A stretch of DNA of 64,000 nucleotides from positions 434,001 through 498,000 of the forward strand of contig BROI01000023.1 in assembly GCA_027923505.1 (NCBI GenBank), in the 5' to 3' direction. The DNA is from Mayamaea pseudoterrestris (taxonomy: Eukaryota). The notes beneath the pieces are model-generated. The model was not told where the DNA came from and did not search any database. It was given only the letters and a program-made list of their open reading frames with translations. The position numbers and the translations under genes were made by a program. Shown here piece by piece: positions 21,801 to 32,475 of this stretch (positions are counted from its first letter, which is position 1; every line of letters starts with the position of its first letter).

Positions 21801-24793
21801 CGGAGACTGGCAAAGAAAATGATGAATCTTTAATTCCTCTACCACAACGACAAGGTTCATTAAAAGCAGCTCCAACAAAGGCCGCCGGAAAAGTTATATC
21901 TTCGTCGCCTTCCAATAGACGCGGTGAGGTTCAGACAGGCGCTGCACATGACAAGGGAGCAACAAGGCAACACCCACTGATGAGCCGCAGTGGCGCACAT
22001 GGTGGGAGTACGTCTAGCAAGCCTATCAATTGGCCCGAATATCCGGAGGAACCACAAGGCGCATCGCTGCTCACTACTTTGAAGCGTGCATGGCTGCCAT
22101 TCCTCCCAACAATGTCCGCAGCGAAACTCTTCCCCGAATCGGGAGTTAGCAAACAGGACGACGCGCTAAATGGAATTGAGTTGTTGAAGGAGGCGGTGGC
22201 ACTGGATCGCTCTTCGGGTGAAGATGTCGTTGAGATGCAGATTGACTATATTATGAAGTGGACAGCTGTTGTACTTTGCTCCCGAGAGACAACTACTGGG
22301 ATGCTCTCACTTCTTGACTTTGTTGAAGACCTATTTATGTACCTCATCGAGAGGAATTATTCTCTCAAGGACTCTGACATTCACGCGCTAGTACCATTCC
22401 TTGTGGAAAAGTCGGGCCTAGCCAAAGGCCGCTTTCGAGACAAGTTTTCGGACATAGAAAAGCTTCTTCAAGCGGATCAATTTGTTGCCACAAAACAGTT
22501 TGGAAGCTTAGTTTGTGTTGCAGTCATGGAGAGCTCGTCCCAGGCGAAAGCGAGGGCACACAGTTGTCGACTATGCTTGCACTGTTTGGATAAGGAAGGT
22601 CTTGTATCTGTTGGAAAGAAAGGTGTTCTCGTTGTGGCGAAATCGCTATCGGACGAGACTATTCCCGAGAACCGTAGTTTGGCACTCGACCTCATGGAAC
22701 AAATACTCACCAGAATGAATGGCGATTTTCAAAAGCTCACTCGCATATGCGGACCAAGTCTTAGTACTCATGGTATGCAGCTCCTTGAAGAACGCTGGGT
22801 AAAAAGAGATCAGCATGCGACGAGCTTGCGCGGGCACACGCCGAAAAGAGTAACAACGGACGAGACACACACAGAACTTGTGGTATCTGAAACTGACCTG
22901 CTGGTTTGCGCTCAAACAGAAGCGGATGCGCTGCCTGCACGGAAAGTGTCAAGGAGCATACCTTCTGAAGCATCTGCAGCGTTTCGAGCTCGACTTCAGG
23001 CGCTGCGGGAACCAGTCGACAATGTCGGGCACCTATACGATGATTGTATGCTAAATTTGAAGACACTCATGTCTATGCACCCACCGCTTAGTGAAAGCAA
23101 TACACAAATTTTAAGAACGATAGATGGGCTGAAGCTTTTTCATGCATCATTATCGGCGGAGCTAACGGACGTACAAGGCGCTTCGGTTCAGGATCTCAAG
23201 CGTTTGAAAGAAATCATAGTGAAGCATTCATGTGAAACGACAGAGCAGTTGATACACCTGATGAATTTCTCATCGAACTGTGGCGATCCAACTATTCTGG
23301 ATGGCTTATCGGTTTCTTTAATGTCAATTGCTCTTGCCTTATTGATGGCAATGTTTCGAGATCCCAATATTTGTTCGTCAATTTCGCAAGATCAATTCGG
23401 GCTCCTCATTCGTGCAACGGCCAACGTTTTGCTGGACCCGCGGCTTGAATTGAGCGATACGACGGAAGCGATGGCAAAAGCATCAAATACACTCGCTGTA
23501 AAGTCTGCGATTGGGGTGGACAGACACACTTCTTTGCTGGCAATTTTAGCTTTGCAGCAGCAGATATCGTTGACATCTGATCGTGCAATAACTGCAGAAG
23601 ACGAGGCTTTTAACAGTCGCCTTTCTCGTTTGCTTTACAAACTGTTCCTTCGCGTCGTGAAAACTGAAGTAGAGAAAAGCGAGAGATCGTTCAATCGTGA
23701 CGGCTTTGACCTCGAGGCCGTACTTTGCGGGTTAGAGGATTACCTCATTGCATGCTCGACATGTATCGGCAAGCGGCCAATTGCCATGGTGGACGCATGT
23801 CGAGACATGGCCAAAAAATTGGCGCTTGCAATGATACAAGCCCATGGAGTTAGTAACTTGTGTGAAGTTTTGGACGAGTTAGACCTCGTCGAGATGTCCG
23901 AGCTTGTACAATCGCTATCCGGTAATGCTGCTTATCCTTTTGACAAACAACACAACACGCAGTTGGCGATGTCTCGACCAGTCGTCAAGAGTTGCAGCGA
24001 AACGTCCATTCAAAAGGAAGACGCCGACACTCCAGCTGGCGTGTCGAGTCTCGTATCCGCTCTTGCGAGTGCCAAAACTGACCATGATCGATCAGTTGCT
24101 CTCAAAGCTCTGCGCGATTACGAGCAAGTCAACGGAAATAGCGATTTACGCGCTCATTTGCAACAAGTGTCTTCACCGTTTCGAGCCTTTATCGAACGAC
24201 AATTAAGTGGCGACTCAGTAGGTGCGACAACGGATGCAAAAGCGCAGCAAGAAAGCAGCAACTCCATGTCGGAACGAATCCGTAGCATTCGCACACGCCT
24301 TGCAGCTACAGAGGCTGCAATTCTACCCACTCGGGCGACAAGCGATTCACCCCCCGCATCCTCTGTCAAGGTGGCGGCTACTCCTAAATCGCCTCCTCTT
24401 GTCGATCAATCCGACCCCGACTTGGACATTGAGTCGACTTCATCATTTATCCCCGACAGCTTGGGGACAATGAATTTGACGATCCCGTCCAAAGTATCAC
24501 CACCCACGCCCTCAAGACCGACTCTCGTCAAGCTAACGTCGCGTCTGGCTCGGCCATCACCGTCGAAACTTGCTCAGCCATCACCGTCGAAACTACCGAG
24601 CTACAGTGCCACTGCAACATCCTCGTCTCAAGCATTGCGTGAGCGTCTTGCCGCGTCTGCCCAAGGTCGAGAGCCAAAGCAGTCGCCTCTTAAGAATCCG
24701 TCCACAACCCTTATGCGAGCGGCGGCTCTGCGGGCGCGACTTGCAGCAGTGAAATCAGACCGGCAGCCCACGTCAATGGACGATAATTTTTAA
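15836..24793 (+). CDS. XMAP215/Dis1/CKAP5-family TOG-domain microtubule polymerase with long repetitive N-terminal extension
   Basis: TOG HEAT-A motifs (DKEWKVRSAAF, KWSEKVAAL, TAWKERKDAL), DSNANALDKAL, GLASKKPKV, PFLVEKSG. Confidence 0.85.
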   Translation: MDLEEAALLAELRAISEKSAGSRRFNDLDPIENARMLKASPMSSPRANANSTNSFDATSTRQEGKGRNNNSSSDFGVTAASNHDDDNQHAAENSDIGASSWRKTLTERIKSQPPRQQETLASGTAESPVVVNDVLDAAAIATNNNLNAPHRITTQPAASTFTGERGGDAKDDELLALLKGVSNKSSSSSRFDSSNHGNDNDDYFGATNPTSTKIAPAKAQVQTQQSTPANVPPWKRGNQKQSSLNANALSDNVEIHVGAPPRPLDNGGGGFKSKSTFTGDRGGDANDPELLELLRNASSKTNASRFDDVVDALPASQLNVSSASHASAPPASKQGIAASVPPWKRGKQVSAASSDANVDIVVAAPPMGTTFKSDVPKSTFAGERGGDANDAELLSLLRGVSNKAGNSRFDDNDNFAADDDGAVVSAPVRTRQNTAQAAPVTAAEEPEAPRQNEAALVPPWKRGKPAVNSASATFDSSDVIVAPSAKGGFQSDAPKSTFSGERGGDANDAELLALLRGVSSKSGASRFDDNNDGAAISVSDHVSVVKDEPRPTKQEGPPEQRHAVFPPWKREKPQAASVDVTTVIPRPPQGGFKSDQGSSTFMGERGGDANDPELLALLRGISSKTGASRFESDDSAQGSPSLNVASAERIAEKPALKQSISSKLRQAVSPPWKRDKQHEGTAASQPASAGFKSSDQPNTFSGDRGGEAIDPELLALLRGVSGKAGASRFDDDPLSGQTQSESAMHQGSRNANNVGSTNNSKGAQIAAAEKIAGGVGMKFNVTSTYVGERGGDANDPELLALLRDVSDKAGVDRLNSSDGPVSSFPVLQNAQHLPITFHSQSEITSTTIPPPFAPVVDGRDGINLTVDDLPTALVDKEWKVRSAAFELLSQKLIDIVSGRENVWNVDANQLTEDLDGMLPRLLADSNANALDKALLFVLLYGEHCCGATSPEQARAIVAVLIKSNGFSGRPGTTKLASAAVLKLVEVGSVASMNSVIEVLLTEGLASKKPKVVQAAVSLIFDAATEFGAAVLPLAAITSSAPKILSNSNAKVREIGIKILAEICRALGSKDPIGNIIDEMKPAQVKELDKHLDLKNFADPPRKMLRQHATSAKASPPNALAALHAGAEELAAQRYAARPTINLMADLSKTEYSSRVNMPKWSEKVAALNTVIECAGEKPYKLVSPSSACNYVPLINDSKKLLSHTHVAVVGKAMEVLSMLASGVGEKLFSHLRPLLLPLLLLSKDKKLSKGVSVCLDTLFGNVFRFEHLLDQDDAVPDAVDEQKQKNALVRAAALDFLTRCVRRSVDAGPRGGLTIQTAQRSASLCMEKLDDSNADVRKAASDTFKALQDCNDSDVIELVEEKLAGLATKNSRAFKTLSRTSMPGPATTQSKRLPPKPNESVSAGQTKARLLDDVITKPSAQSESLNQTASVAATTDGTDAPMSLSAALALAGKLSIPLWGAPEDDGGILKGLESAKGILRQDAIKSLTSFVESGKLITSKDVDKDCLALVIIVREHTRGLNETNVNIMRGIIQMFLAVCDVHEKMGCLLNQWSAKAGTGVAIAKISDRKASDGCKSLLSALCTVASPCLVLMSAFEALQSAKSPIAHEEFLKWIVVFCGEFGAMSLGRHVGDLIPFLLQETSSSNPKVKRESFNAIGVLHSHLGGQFRALAMSMAKGPLRDPLESCLNAFPYDEACRSMSWPKYSLATMAGNSGDGSSDLILDIPKVNLMSELPDDIISRLGSKEGKTAWKERKDALEEVESALKRCSGLIETSNSNLKQVIDLTRALEQRLSDTQMNLKPIASSVIARLLSVVDSQTQAKIGKIVFSQLINSAMNDIKKPMRDSCLKALQSGVTPSSLDSGNINVDALEVFVSSLIGEVNEVATRAGGLTDVLMFLFNLIDSLPNLDEIASTRGEPLGERYALMVVECLTSSKAETRSAATMILESSIERGIASFGSFRKASERLKPAQQRTIGPLIAKFTKRTAPNTETGKENDESLIPLPQRQGSLKAAPTKAAGKVISSSPSNRRGEVQTGAAHDKGATRQHPLMSRSGAHGGSTSSKPINWPEYPEEPQGASLLTTLKRAWLPFLPTMSAAKLFPESGVSKQDDALNGIELLKEAVALDRSSGEDVVEMQIDYIMKWTAVVLCSRETTTGMLSLLDFVEDLFMYLIERNYSLKDSDIHALVPFLVEKSGLAKGRFRDKFSDIEKLLQADQFVATKQFGSLVCVAVMESSSQAKARAHSCRLCLHCLDKEGLVSVGKKGVLVVAKSLSDETIPENRSLALDLMEQILTRMNGDFQKLTRICGPSLSTHGMQLLEERWVKRDQHATSLRGHTPKRVTTDETHTELVVSETDLLVCAQTEADALPARKVSRSIPSEASAAFRARLQALREPVDNVGHLYDDCMLNLKTLMSMHPPLSESNTQILRTIDGLKLFHASLSAELTDVQGASVQDLKRLKEIIVKHSCETTEQLIHLMNFSSNCGDPTILDGLSVSLMSIALALLMAMFRDPNICSSISQDQFGLLIRATANVLLDPRLELSDTTEAMAKASNTLAVKSAIGVDRHTSLLAILALQQQISLTSDRAITAEDEAFNSRLSRLLYKLFLRVVKTEVEKSERSFNRDGFDLEAVLCGLEDYLIACSTCIGKRPIAMVDACRDMAKKLALAMIQAHGVSNLCEVLDELDLVEMSELVQSLSGNAAYPFDKQHNTQLAMSRPVVKSCSETSIQKEDADTPAGVSSLVSALASAKTDHDRSVALKALRDYEQVNGNSDLRAHLQQVSSPFRAFIERQLSGDSVGATTDAKAQQESSNSMSERIRSIRTRLAATEAAILPTRATSDSPPASSVKVAATPKSPPLVDQSDPDLDIESTSSFIPDSLGTMNLTIPSKVSPPTPSRPTLVKLTSRLARPSPSKLAQPSPSKLPSYSATATSSSQALRERLAASAQGREPKQSPLKNPSTTLMRAAALRARLAAVKSDRQPTSMDDNF

Positions 24794-25230
24794 GTAGGAA
24801 CTGATAGTTTGCCTATGCATGTATATGTATTTTGCTACTCGCGTAGGTAAAAGTAGGATGTAGTAGCTAAGAATGTAAGGTACTTGTAGTTCTTGATGCC
24901 TCTGCCATCACGCGACAAGAAGCAATCACGAGACAACTGTCTTACGGTTTAGGTTACTAGATCCAAAATCTCGAGTACTCCCATTCAAAGAAGGCTAAAT
25001 TTTTCACTCGCTCTTCTGGGTTCTCCCGAAGGAATGACGGCACGCAGCCAGCTGCATCCACAAGTCCAGCAGCGGCAGTCGTCTGTCGAAGGCAATCATC
25101 CTGTTGCAATCTTCTTGACAGGCGAGCCGAGACAAGTCTATATATAGACGCCTCTCTCGCTTACATTAATAGAGATTTGTTAAAAATATTCTCCCTTTCA
25201 GTCGCCGCCGTCGCAGAGATTTTCGTCAAC

Positions 25231-26600
25231 ATGGCATCCACCGCAGCCGCAGCAGCAGCCTCCTCCTCTCAACCGCCACCTTCCATGAGCAGCAGCAGCG
25301 CTACCGAAGCCAGTCCATTGACGGAACAAAACATTTCCTATTCAGCCGAGCGAATCATTGGCAATGGTAGCTTCGGAGTCGTCTTTGAAGCCAAGGTGGT
25401 TGAAACGGGTGAAGTGGTTGCCATCAAAAAAGTTTTGCAGGACAAGCGATTCAAGAATCGCGAGCTGCAGATTATGCGGCAGCTGGTCAAGGATCCTCAT
25501 CCGAATATTGTCGCTTTGAAGCATTGCTTCTATAGTCAGGTGATTTATATTTACTTGAGTGAGGGCGATTGTGTGAGATTGAAAGCGTTGCAGTTGGCGG
25601 CACGAATTTTGATGCAGATTCGCTTTCATTTTTATTCTCATTCATGCACTTTCATTATTTCGCATCACTATCATGACAGGGAGAGAAGCAAGATGAACTT
25701 TACCTTAATCTCGTCTTGGAGTTTGTTCCCGAGACTGTCTACTCGATTAGTCGGCGTCACCAAAAGCATTCGCTCCAGCTACCTACACTTTTTGTCAAGC
25801 TGTATCTATACCAACTTTCAAGGGCATTGGCGCACATTCACTTCCTCGGTATTTGTCATCGCGATATCAAGCCGCAGAACTTGCTCGTCCACCCCGAGAC
25901 ACAGCAGCTCAAGCTTTGCGACTTTGGTTCCGCCAAGGCGCTCGTCAAGGGGGAACCAAATGTTTCGTACATTTGCAGTCGCTACTATCGAGCGCCGGAA
26001 CTCATTTTTGGATCAACCGACTACACGACGGCCATTGACATTTGGAGTCAAGGTTGCGTCGGAGCGGAACTCTTGCTGGGACAGCCACTGTTTCCGGGCG
26101 ACTCTGGCGTGGATCAGTTGGTGGAGATTATCAAGGTTCTTGGCACGCCCACCAAGCAGGAGATTATCAGCATGAACTCGACGTATATGGAGTTCAAGTT
26201 TCCGCAAATCAAGGGCTGCCAGTGGAAGAAGATTTTTCGCAATCGAACGCCCGATCAAGCGATTGAGTTTATTGCGGCAAACCTTGCCTACAATCCAATG
26301 CAGCGCTTGCAGCCGCTGGAGGGATGCGCGCATGCCTTTTTCGATGAGCTGCGCGATCCAGAGACGCGTCTGCCACATCCCAATGGTGGTCGGCTGCCTC
26401 CACTTTTTGATTTTACGGACCATGAGCTGAGCTACAAGCCCGAGCTGATGGACAAGCTCATTCCTGCATGGTATAGAAATAGTAAAGGGGAAGCGGCAGC
26501 ACTATCAGCGTCAACAACGGCATCATCTTCAGCGTCATCACTAGATGTGAAAGTGGCAGCGGCTGATTTGAATGAGCAAGCACCAACGACTAGTGGTTGA
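25231..26600 (+). CDS. GSK3: GSK-3/shaggy-like kinase (exons 25231-25539 and 25680-26600)
   Basis: [53 protein letters not shown] 140-nt GT..AG intron joins the two ORFs in frame ([14 protein letters not shown]). Confidence 0.96.
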
Positions 26601-26905
26601 TCGTTTGCGTGTGACGAGCAGAATGAGCGGCGCAGCTCGACCAAGTAGCGCCCATGGAAGAAGGCGTTTCGCAGTTATTATGAAGTGTCTTCTCCATCAT
26701 TTTAATATGTTCAAAAAAGCTCGGCAGGTTCGGAAAGTGGTCATTTTCCGAGTCAAGAATGTTCACTGCAATCTACACCAACACATGTCGCCCGCCGCTC
26801 GCGACTATAAACACACACTACCGTATCGGTTCACTGCATGTATAATATTACCTTTAGAAAATTAGTAATATGAAACATTGCATAAGTTACAGTAGGTTGG
26901 AACAG

Positions 26906-28114
26906 TTACAAATCTGCATTGCACTTCCAAGCGTCAGGTATCAACTTCCAATAAGCTTGCGCTGCCACGGCTGGTTTCATGCCCAACGTTTGATACTTGT
27001 ATTGACCGAGAAAGTTTTCAAAGACGCGAGGCGACTTGCAATGCACAATCAACTCATTGATCAAGTAGGTATTCACCTTGCCATGCGTCACGGCCCGCTG
27101 AAAGCATGCGTGAAAGTATGCGGCGCGCATCTTATGATCCAACGACAAGTGGCGAATGGCCTGCAAAAAGTGAACGTAGGCGTGCGACTTGAGCGGAACA
27201 TGATCATCAAAAGCAACGACTTGCTGCCAAACCTCAAGGGCGACCAATCCACCCAATTCCTTCTTGGTAACATCTAGTTGCTTGTCTTGCATGGTGCAAA
27301 GTTTGAAAAAGAGGACGAAACTACTAGCGTCGCGAGTGTCGTTCGTCATGTCTTGCAAAAAGACTTGCGCGGCATGGGCTGCTTTCTGCCAATCTTTGCA
27401 ATGCAGCCATGCGCTCAAGACGCAATTGTAGTGAGCGGCTTTTGGTTGCAGCGACGAGTCTCTGGTAGCGTCAAAGAGTGACTGCAAGTGACGCACAATT
27501 TCCAAAGCAGCATCTGGAACCTCGCGCGTCATGCTAGGCGTATCTGCGTAGAGTCGCAACAGATACTGATACGTCTTGGCGTCTGGATGAGGCAGAAGAT
27601 ATTGTGGCCGTGAGACTTGCTCTCCTCGCTCCATAGCGGCAGCTCTTTGAAGCAAACTTTCATCAAAGAGCTGCATCGTCTGCACCAAGGCATTTGCTCG
27701 ATGCAGAATCGCGGGCGCATCCTTCCTGGACGACTTTTGCATTTCAAGCATTTGCTGCAGATGCATGTTGCATCGAGTTGTAGTGATAACGTTAAAAACG
27801 CTTGCTCTTGCGCCGCCGCCCCTGTAAAAGTCCTGCAACAGCTGAATCGCATGTCGCGTCGGATAGTCAACGGCTGGGTCTTTCAGTGGCTGCAGCCAGG
27901 CAGTTTTTGGATTCTTGTCCCAAGGACAACTATTCAATGGACCAGGAGGAAACCAATCCTTCCAGTCGGTCGAAGCAGTAGCTGGACTCTTGGTTAATGG
28001 AGCCGCGTGAAAAAGCTTGTTGCTGCATTGGACGGTTGTCGGTGCGTGACGAGAGGAAGATTGATTAACAGTAGCGGATAGGAGACGACCAGCAAGTATT
28101 CGGTTTCGAATCAT
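26906..28114 (-). CDS. PPR-like helical repeat protein, probably mitochondrial
   Basis: Arg/Ser-rich presequence; PDAKTYQYLLRLYA, PKAAHYNCVLSAW and RDASSFVLFFKLC resemble PPR motifs. Confidence 0.65.
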   Translation of the reverse strand: MIRNRILAGRLLSATVNQSSSRHAPTTVQCSNKLFHAAPLTKSPATASTDWKDWFPPGPLNSCPWDKNPKTAWLQPLKDPAVDYPTRHAIQLLQDFYRGGGARASVFNVITTTRCNMHLQQMLEMQKSSRKDAPAILHRANALVQTMQLFDESLLQRAAAMERGEQVSRPQYLLPHPDAKTYQYLLRLYADTPSMTREVPDAALEIVRHLQSLFDATRDSSLQPKAAHYNCVLSAWLHCKDWQKAAHAAQVFLQDMTNDTRDASSFVLFFKLCTMQDKQLDVTKKELGGLVALEVWQQVVAFDDHVPLKSHAYVHFLQAIRHLSLDHKMRAAYFHACFQRAVTHGKVNTYLINELIVHCKSPRVFENFLGQYKYQTLGMKPAVAAQAYWKLIPDAWKCNADL

Positions 28115-28275
28115 CTCTCATTAGACCTTGCAGTCATTGTTATGCTCGACTGAATTATATACATATATACATAAACCATGGCTGGTAAAGATGATCGTTG
28201 CGTGAGAAATGCGGAGGAGATGGTTGCCGCGACGAATGAGTCAGTGTCGCAGTCAGTGCCACTGCGTCAAAGAAT

Positions 28276-31200
28276 ACCAGTCTCAGCCCACGGTTGCCAA
28301 GATTTAGAGCCACGTGTATGCCCAAATCAAGCCAGAATGCTGCTAACATCCTTATTTCAGGTGCGCTACAAGATGAATTGCCTGGCTGGTCCCTCAGTAG
28401 ACTGCAATGTGATTGGTGACAACTTGTCACCAGTCTCAGCCAGCAGCTGCCATGATTGTTCAAATGCCCATACATAGAGTCATGTGTATGCCCAAATCAA
28501 GCCAGAATGGTGCCAACGTCCTTATTTCAGGTGCGCTACAAGATAAGTTGACTGGCTGGTCCCTCAGTAGACTGCAATGTGATTGGTGACAACTTGTCAC
28601 CAGTCTCAGCCCGCAGATGCCATGACCTTCAAGCGCCCCTACAGCAAGCCCTGTAGGTGCCCTAAACACACCAGAATGGTGCCAACATCCTTATTCAGGC
28701 TGCGCTACAAGATGGCAGGCTTGGCTGGTGTCTCAGGGGATGGCAATGTATTTGGTGACAACTTGTCACCAGTCTCAGCCGGTGGATGCCGTGACATTCA
28801 AACACCCCTACAGCAAGCCCTGTAGGTGCCCAAAATACACCAGAATGGTGCCAACATCATTATTCAAGCTGCTCTACAAGTGGGTAGGCTTGGCTGGTGT
28901 CTCAGGGGATGGAAATGTATTTGGTGACAACTTGTCACCAGTCTCAGCCGGTGGATGCCGTGACATTCAAACGCCCCTACAGCAAGCCCTGTAGGTGCCC
29001 AAAATACACCAGAATGGTGCCAACATCATTGCTCAAGCTGCGCTACAAGTTGGTACACTTGGCTGGTGTCTCAGGGGATGGCAATGTATTTGGTGACAAC
29101 TTGTCACCAGTCTCCACCGGCGGATGCCGTGACATTGAAACGCCCCTACAGCAAGCCCTGTAGGTGCCCAAAATACACCAGAATGGTGCCAACATCCTTA
29201 TTCAGCTTGCGCTAAAATATGGTAGGCTTGTCCGGTGTCTCAGGGGATGGCAATGTATTTGGTGACAACTTGTCACCAGTCTCAGCCCGCGGATGCCGTG
29301 ACATTCAAACGCCCCTACAGCAAGCCCTGTAGGCGCCCAACATACACCAGAATGGTGCCAACATCCTTATTCAGCTTGCGCTACAATATGGTAGGCTTGG
29401 CTGGTGTCTCAGGGGATGGCAATGTATTTGGTGACAACTTGTCACAAGTCTCAGCCCGCGGATGCCGTGACATTCAAACGCCCCTACAGCAACCCCTGTA
29501 GATGCCCAAAATACACCAGAATGGTGCCAACATCATTATTCACGCTGCGCTACAAGATGGCAGGCTTGGCTGGTGTCTCAGGGGATGGAAATGTATTTGG
29601 TGACAACTTGTCACCAGTCTCAACCCGCGGATGCCGTGACATTCAAATGCCCCTACAGCAAGCCCTGTAGATGCCCAAAATACACCAGAATGGTGCCAAC
29701 ATCATTATTCAGGCTGCGCTACAAGATGGTAGGCTTGGCTGGTGTCTCAGGGGATGGCAATGTATTTGGTGACAACTTGTCACCAGTCTCAGCCCGCAGA
29801 TGCCGTGACATTCAAACGCCCCTACAGCAAGCCCTGTAGGTGCCCAAAATACACCAGAATGGTGCCAACATCATTATTCAGGCTGCGCTACAAGTTGGCA
29901 GGCTTGGCTGGTGTCTCAGGGGATGGCAATGTATTTGGTGACAACTTGTCACCAGTCTCAGCCCGCAGATGCCGTGACATTCAAACGCCCCTACAGCAAC
30001 CCCTGTAGGTGCCCAAAATACACCAGAATGGTGCCAACATCATTATTCAGGCTGCGCTACAAGATGGCAGGCTTGGCTGGTGTCTCAGGGGATGGCAATG
30101 TATTTGGTGACAACTTGTCACCAGTCTCAGCCCGCGGATGCCGTGACATTCAAACGCCCCTACAGCAAGCCCTGTAGGCACCCAAAATACACCAGAATGG
30201 TGCCAACATCATTATTCAGGCTGCGCTACAAGATGGCAGGCTTGGCTGGTGTCTCAGGGGATGGAAATGTATTTGGTGACAACTTGTCACCTTGGTGACA
30301 ACTTGTCACCAGTCTCAACCCGCGGATGCCGTGACATTCAAATGCCCCTACAGCAAGCCCTGTAGATGCCCAAAATACACCAGAATGGTGCCAACATCAT
30401 TATTCAGGCTGCGCTACAAGATGGTAGGCTTGGCTGGTGTCTCAGGGGATGGCAATGTATTTGGTGACAACTTGTCACCAGTCTCAGCCCGCAGATGCCG
30501 TGACATTCAAACGCCCCTACAGCAAGCCCTGTAGGTGCCCAAAATACACCAGAATGGTGCCAACATCATTATTCAGGCTGCGCTACAAGTTGGCAGGCTT
30601 GGCTGGTGTCTCAGGGGATGGCAATGTATTTGGTGACAACTTGTCACCAGTCTCAGCCCGCAGATGCCGTGACATTCAAACGCCCCTACAGCAACCCCTG
30701 TAGGTGCCCAAAATACACCAGAATGGTGCCAACATCATTATTCAGGCTGCGCTACAAGATGGCAGGCTTGGCTGGTGTCTCAGGGGATGGCAATGTATTT
30801 GGTGACAACTTGTCACCAGTCTCAGCCCGCGGATGCCGTGACATTCAAACGCCCCTACAGCAAGCCCTGTAGGCACCCAAAATACACCAGAATGGTGCCA
30901 ACATCATTATTCAGGCTGCGCTACAAGATGGCAGGCTTGGCTGGTGTCTCAGGGGATGGAAATGTATTTGGTGACAACTTGTCACCAGTCTCAGCCCGCG
31001 GATGCCGTGACATTCAAACGCCCCTACAACAAGCCCTGTAGGTGCCCAAAATACACCAGAATGGTGCCAACATCATTATTCAGGCTGCGCTACAAGATTG
31101 CAGGCTTGGCTGGTGTATCCGGGGATGGCAATGTATTTGGTGACAACTTGTCACCAGTCTCAGCCCACACATGCCGTGACATTTAAACACCCCTACAGCA

Positions 31201-32135
31201 AGCCCTGTAGGTGCCCAAAATACACCAGAATGGTGCCAACATCATAAGTCAGGCTGCGCTACAAGATGGCAGGCTTGGCTGGTGTCTCAGGGGATGGCAA
31301 TGTATTTGGTGACAACTTGTCACCAGTCTCAACCCGCGGATGCCGTGACATTCAAACGCCCCTACAGCAAGCCCTGTAGGCGCCCAAAATACACCAGAAT
31401 GGTGCCAACATCATTATTCACGCTGCGCTACAAGATGGCAGGCTTGGCTGGTGTCTCAGGGGAAGCCAATGTATTTGGTGACAACTTGTTACCAGTCTCA
31501 GCCTACGGATGCCGTGACATTCAAACGCCCCTACAGCAAGCCCTGTAGGTGCCCAAAATACACCAGAATGGTGCCAACATCATTTTTCCGGCTGCGCTAC
31601 AAGATGGTAGGCTGGGCTGGTGTCTCAGGGGATGACAATGTACTTGGTGACAACTTGTCACAGTCTCAGCCCGCAGATGCCGTGACATTCAAACGCCCCT
31701 ACAGCAAGCCCTGTAGGTGCCCAAAATACACCAGAATGGTGCCAACATCATTATTCAGGCTGCGCTACAAGATGGTAGGCTTGGCTGGTGTCTCAGGGGA
31801 TGGCAATGTATTTGGTGACAACTTGTCACCAGTCTCAGCCCACAGATGCCGTGACATTCAAACGCCCCTACAGCAAGCCCTGTAGGTGCCCAAAATACAC
31901 CAGAATGGTGCCAACATCATTATTCAGGCTGCGCTACATTATGGTAGGCTTGGCTAGTGTCTCAGGGGATGGAAATGTATTTGGTGACAACTTGTCACCA
32001 GTCTCAGCCCGCGGATGCCGTGACATTCAAACGCCCCTACAGCAAGCCCTGTAGGTGCCCAAAATACACCAGAATGGTGCCAACATCATTATTCAGGCTG
32101 CGCTACAAGATGGTAGGCTTGGCTGGTGTCTCAGG
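28276..32135. repeat. 169-bp tandem satellite, about 22-23 units
   Basis: TGGTGACAACTTGTCACCA recurs every 169 bp (28753, 28922, 29091...31982). The first two units are diverged and the array is cut by an LTR at 32136. Confidence 0.98.
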
Positions 32136-32464
32136 TGACACGATAATATCAGACGAACCTTTATTCCAGCGACTACAATGGACTCGGAGCGATCAACCTC
32201 TTCGTCCAGCGTAAAGCAAACAAACAAACTCAATTGCTAGAATAGTGCATGTTACTCGCTACTCTACTCGTGCGCTTCTTTCTCGTTCTCACTGGGTTCA
32301 CGGTCGAGGTTCACGCCTCGATCGTCAGCGATTTCACTCATGTATGTGAGGATTCGGCCACAAGTGTGACTCAACCCTGCACAGGATTAAATGCATACAA
32401 AACACAGGTAGCTAACCGTCTTGTCATGAGACGCAGGTCAACTCAACTCAATAATATTGTGTCA
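32136..32464 (-). repeat. Family B LTR (duplicated 3' LTR)
   Basis: TGACACGATAATAT...ATAATATTGTGTCA with imperfect 14-bp terminal inverted repeats; PPT complement TCCCCCTTGA follows. Confidence 0.95.
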
Positions 32465-32475
32465 TCCCCCTTGAT

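Noticed and set aside
28276..32135. CRISPR array (regular palindromic repeats)
   Set aside because: The sequence between palindromes is itself repeated rather than unique spacers; no cas genes; eukaryotic context.
28583..32214. Series of ~88-aa ORFs
   Set aside because: By-products of the 169-bp period, which is not a multiple of 3; mostly non-ATG starts.
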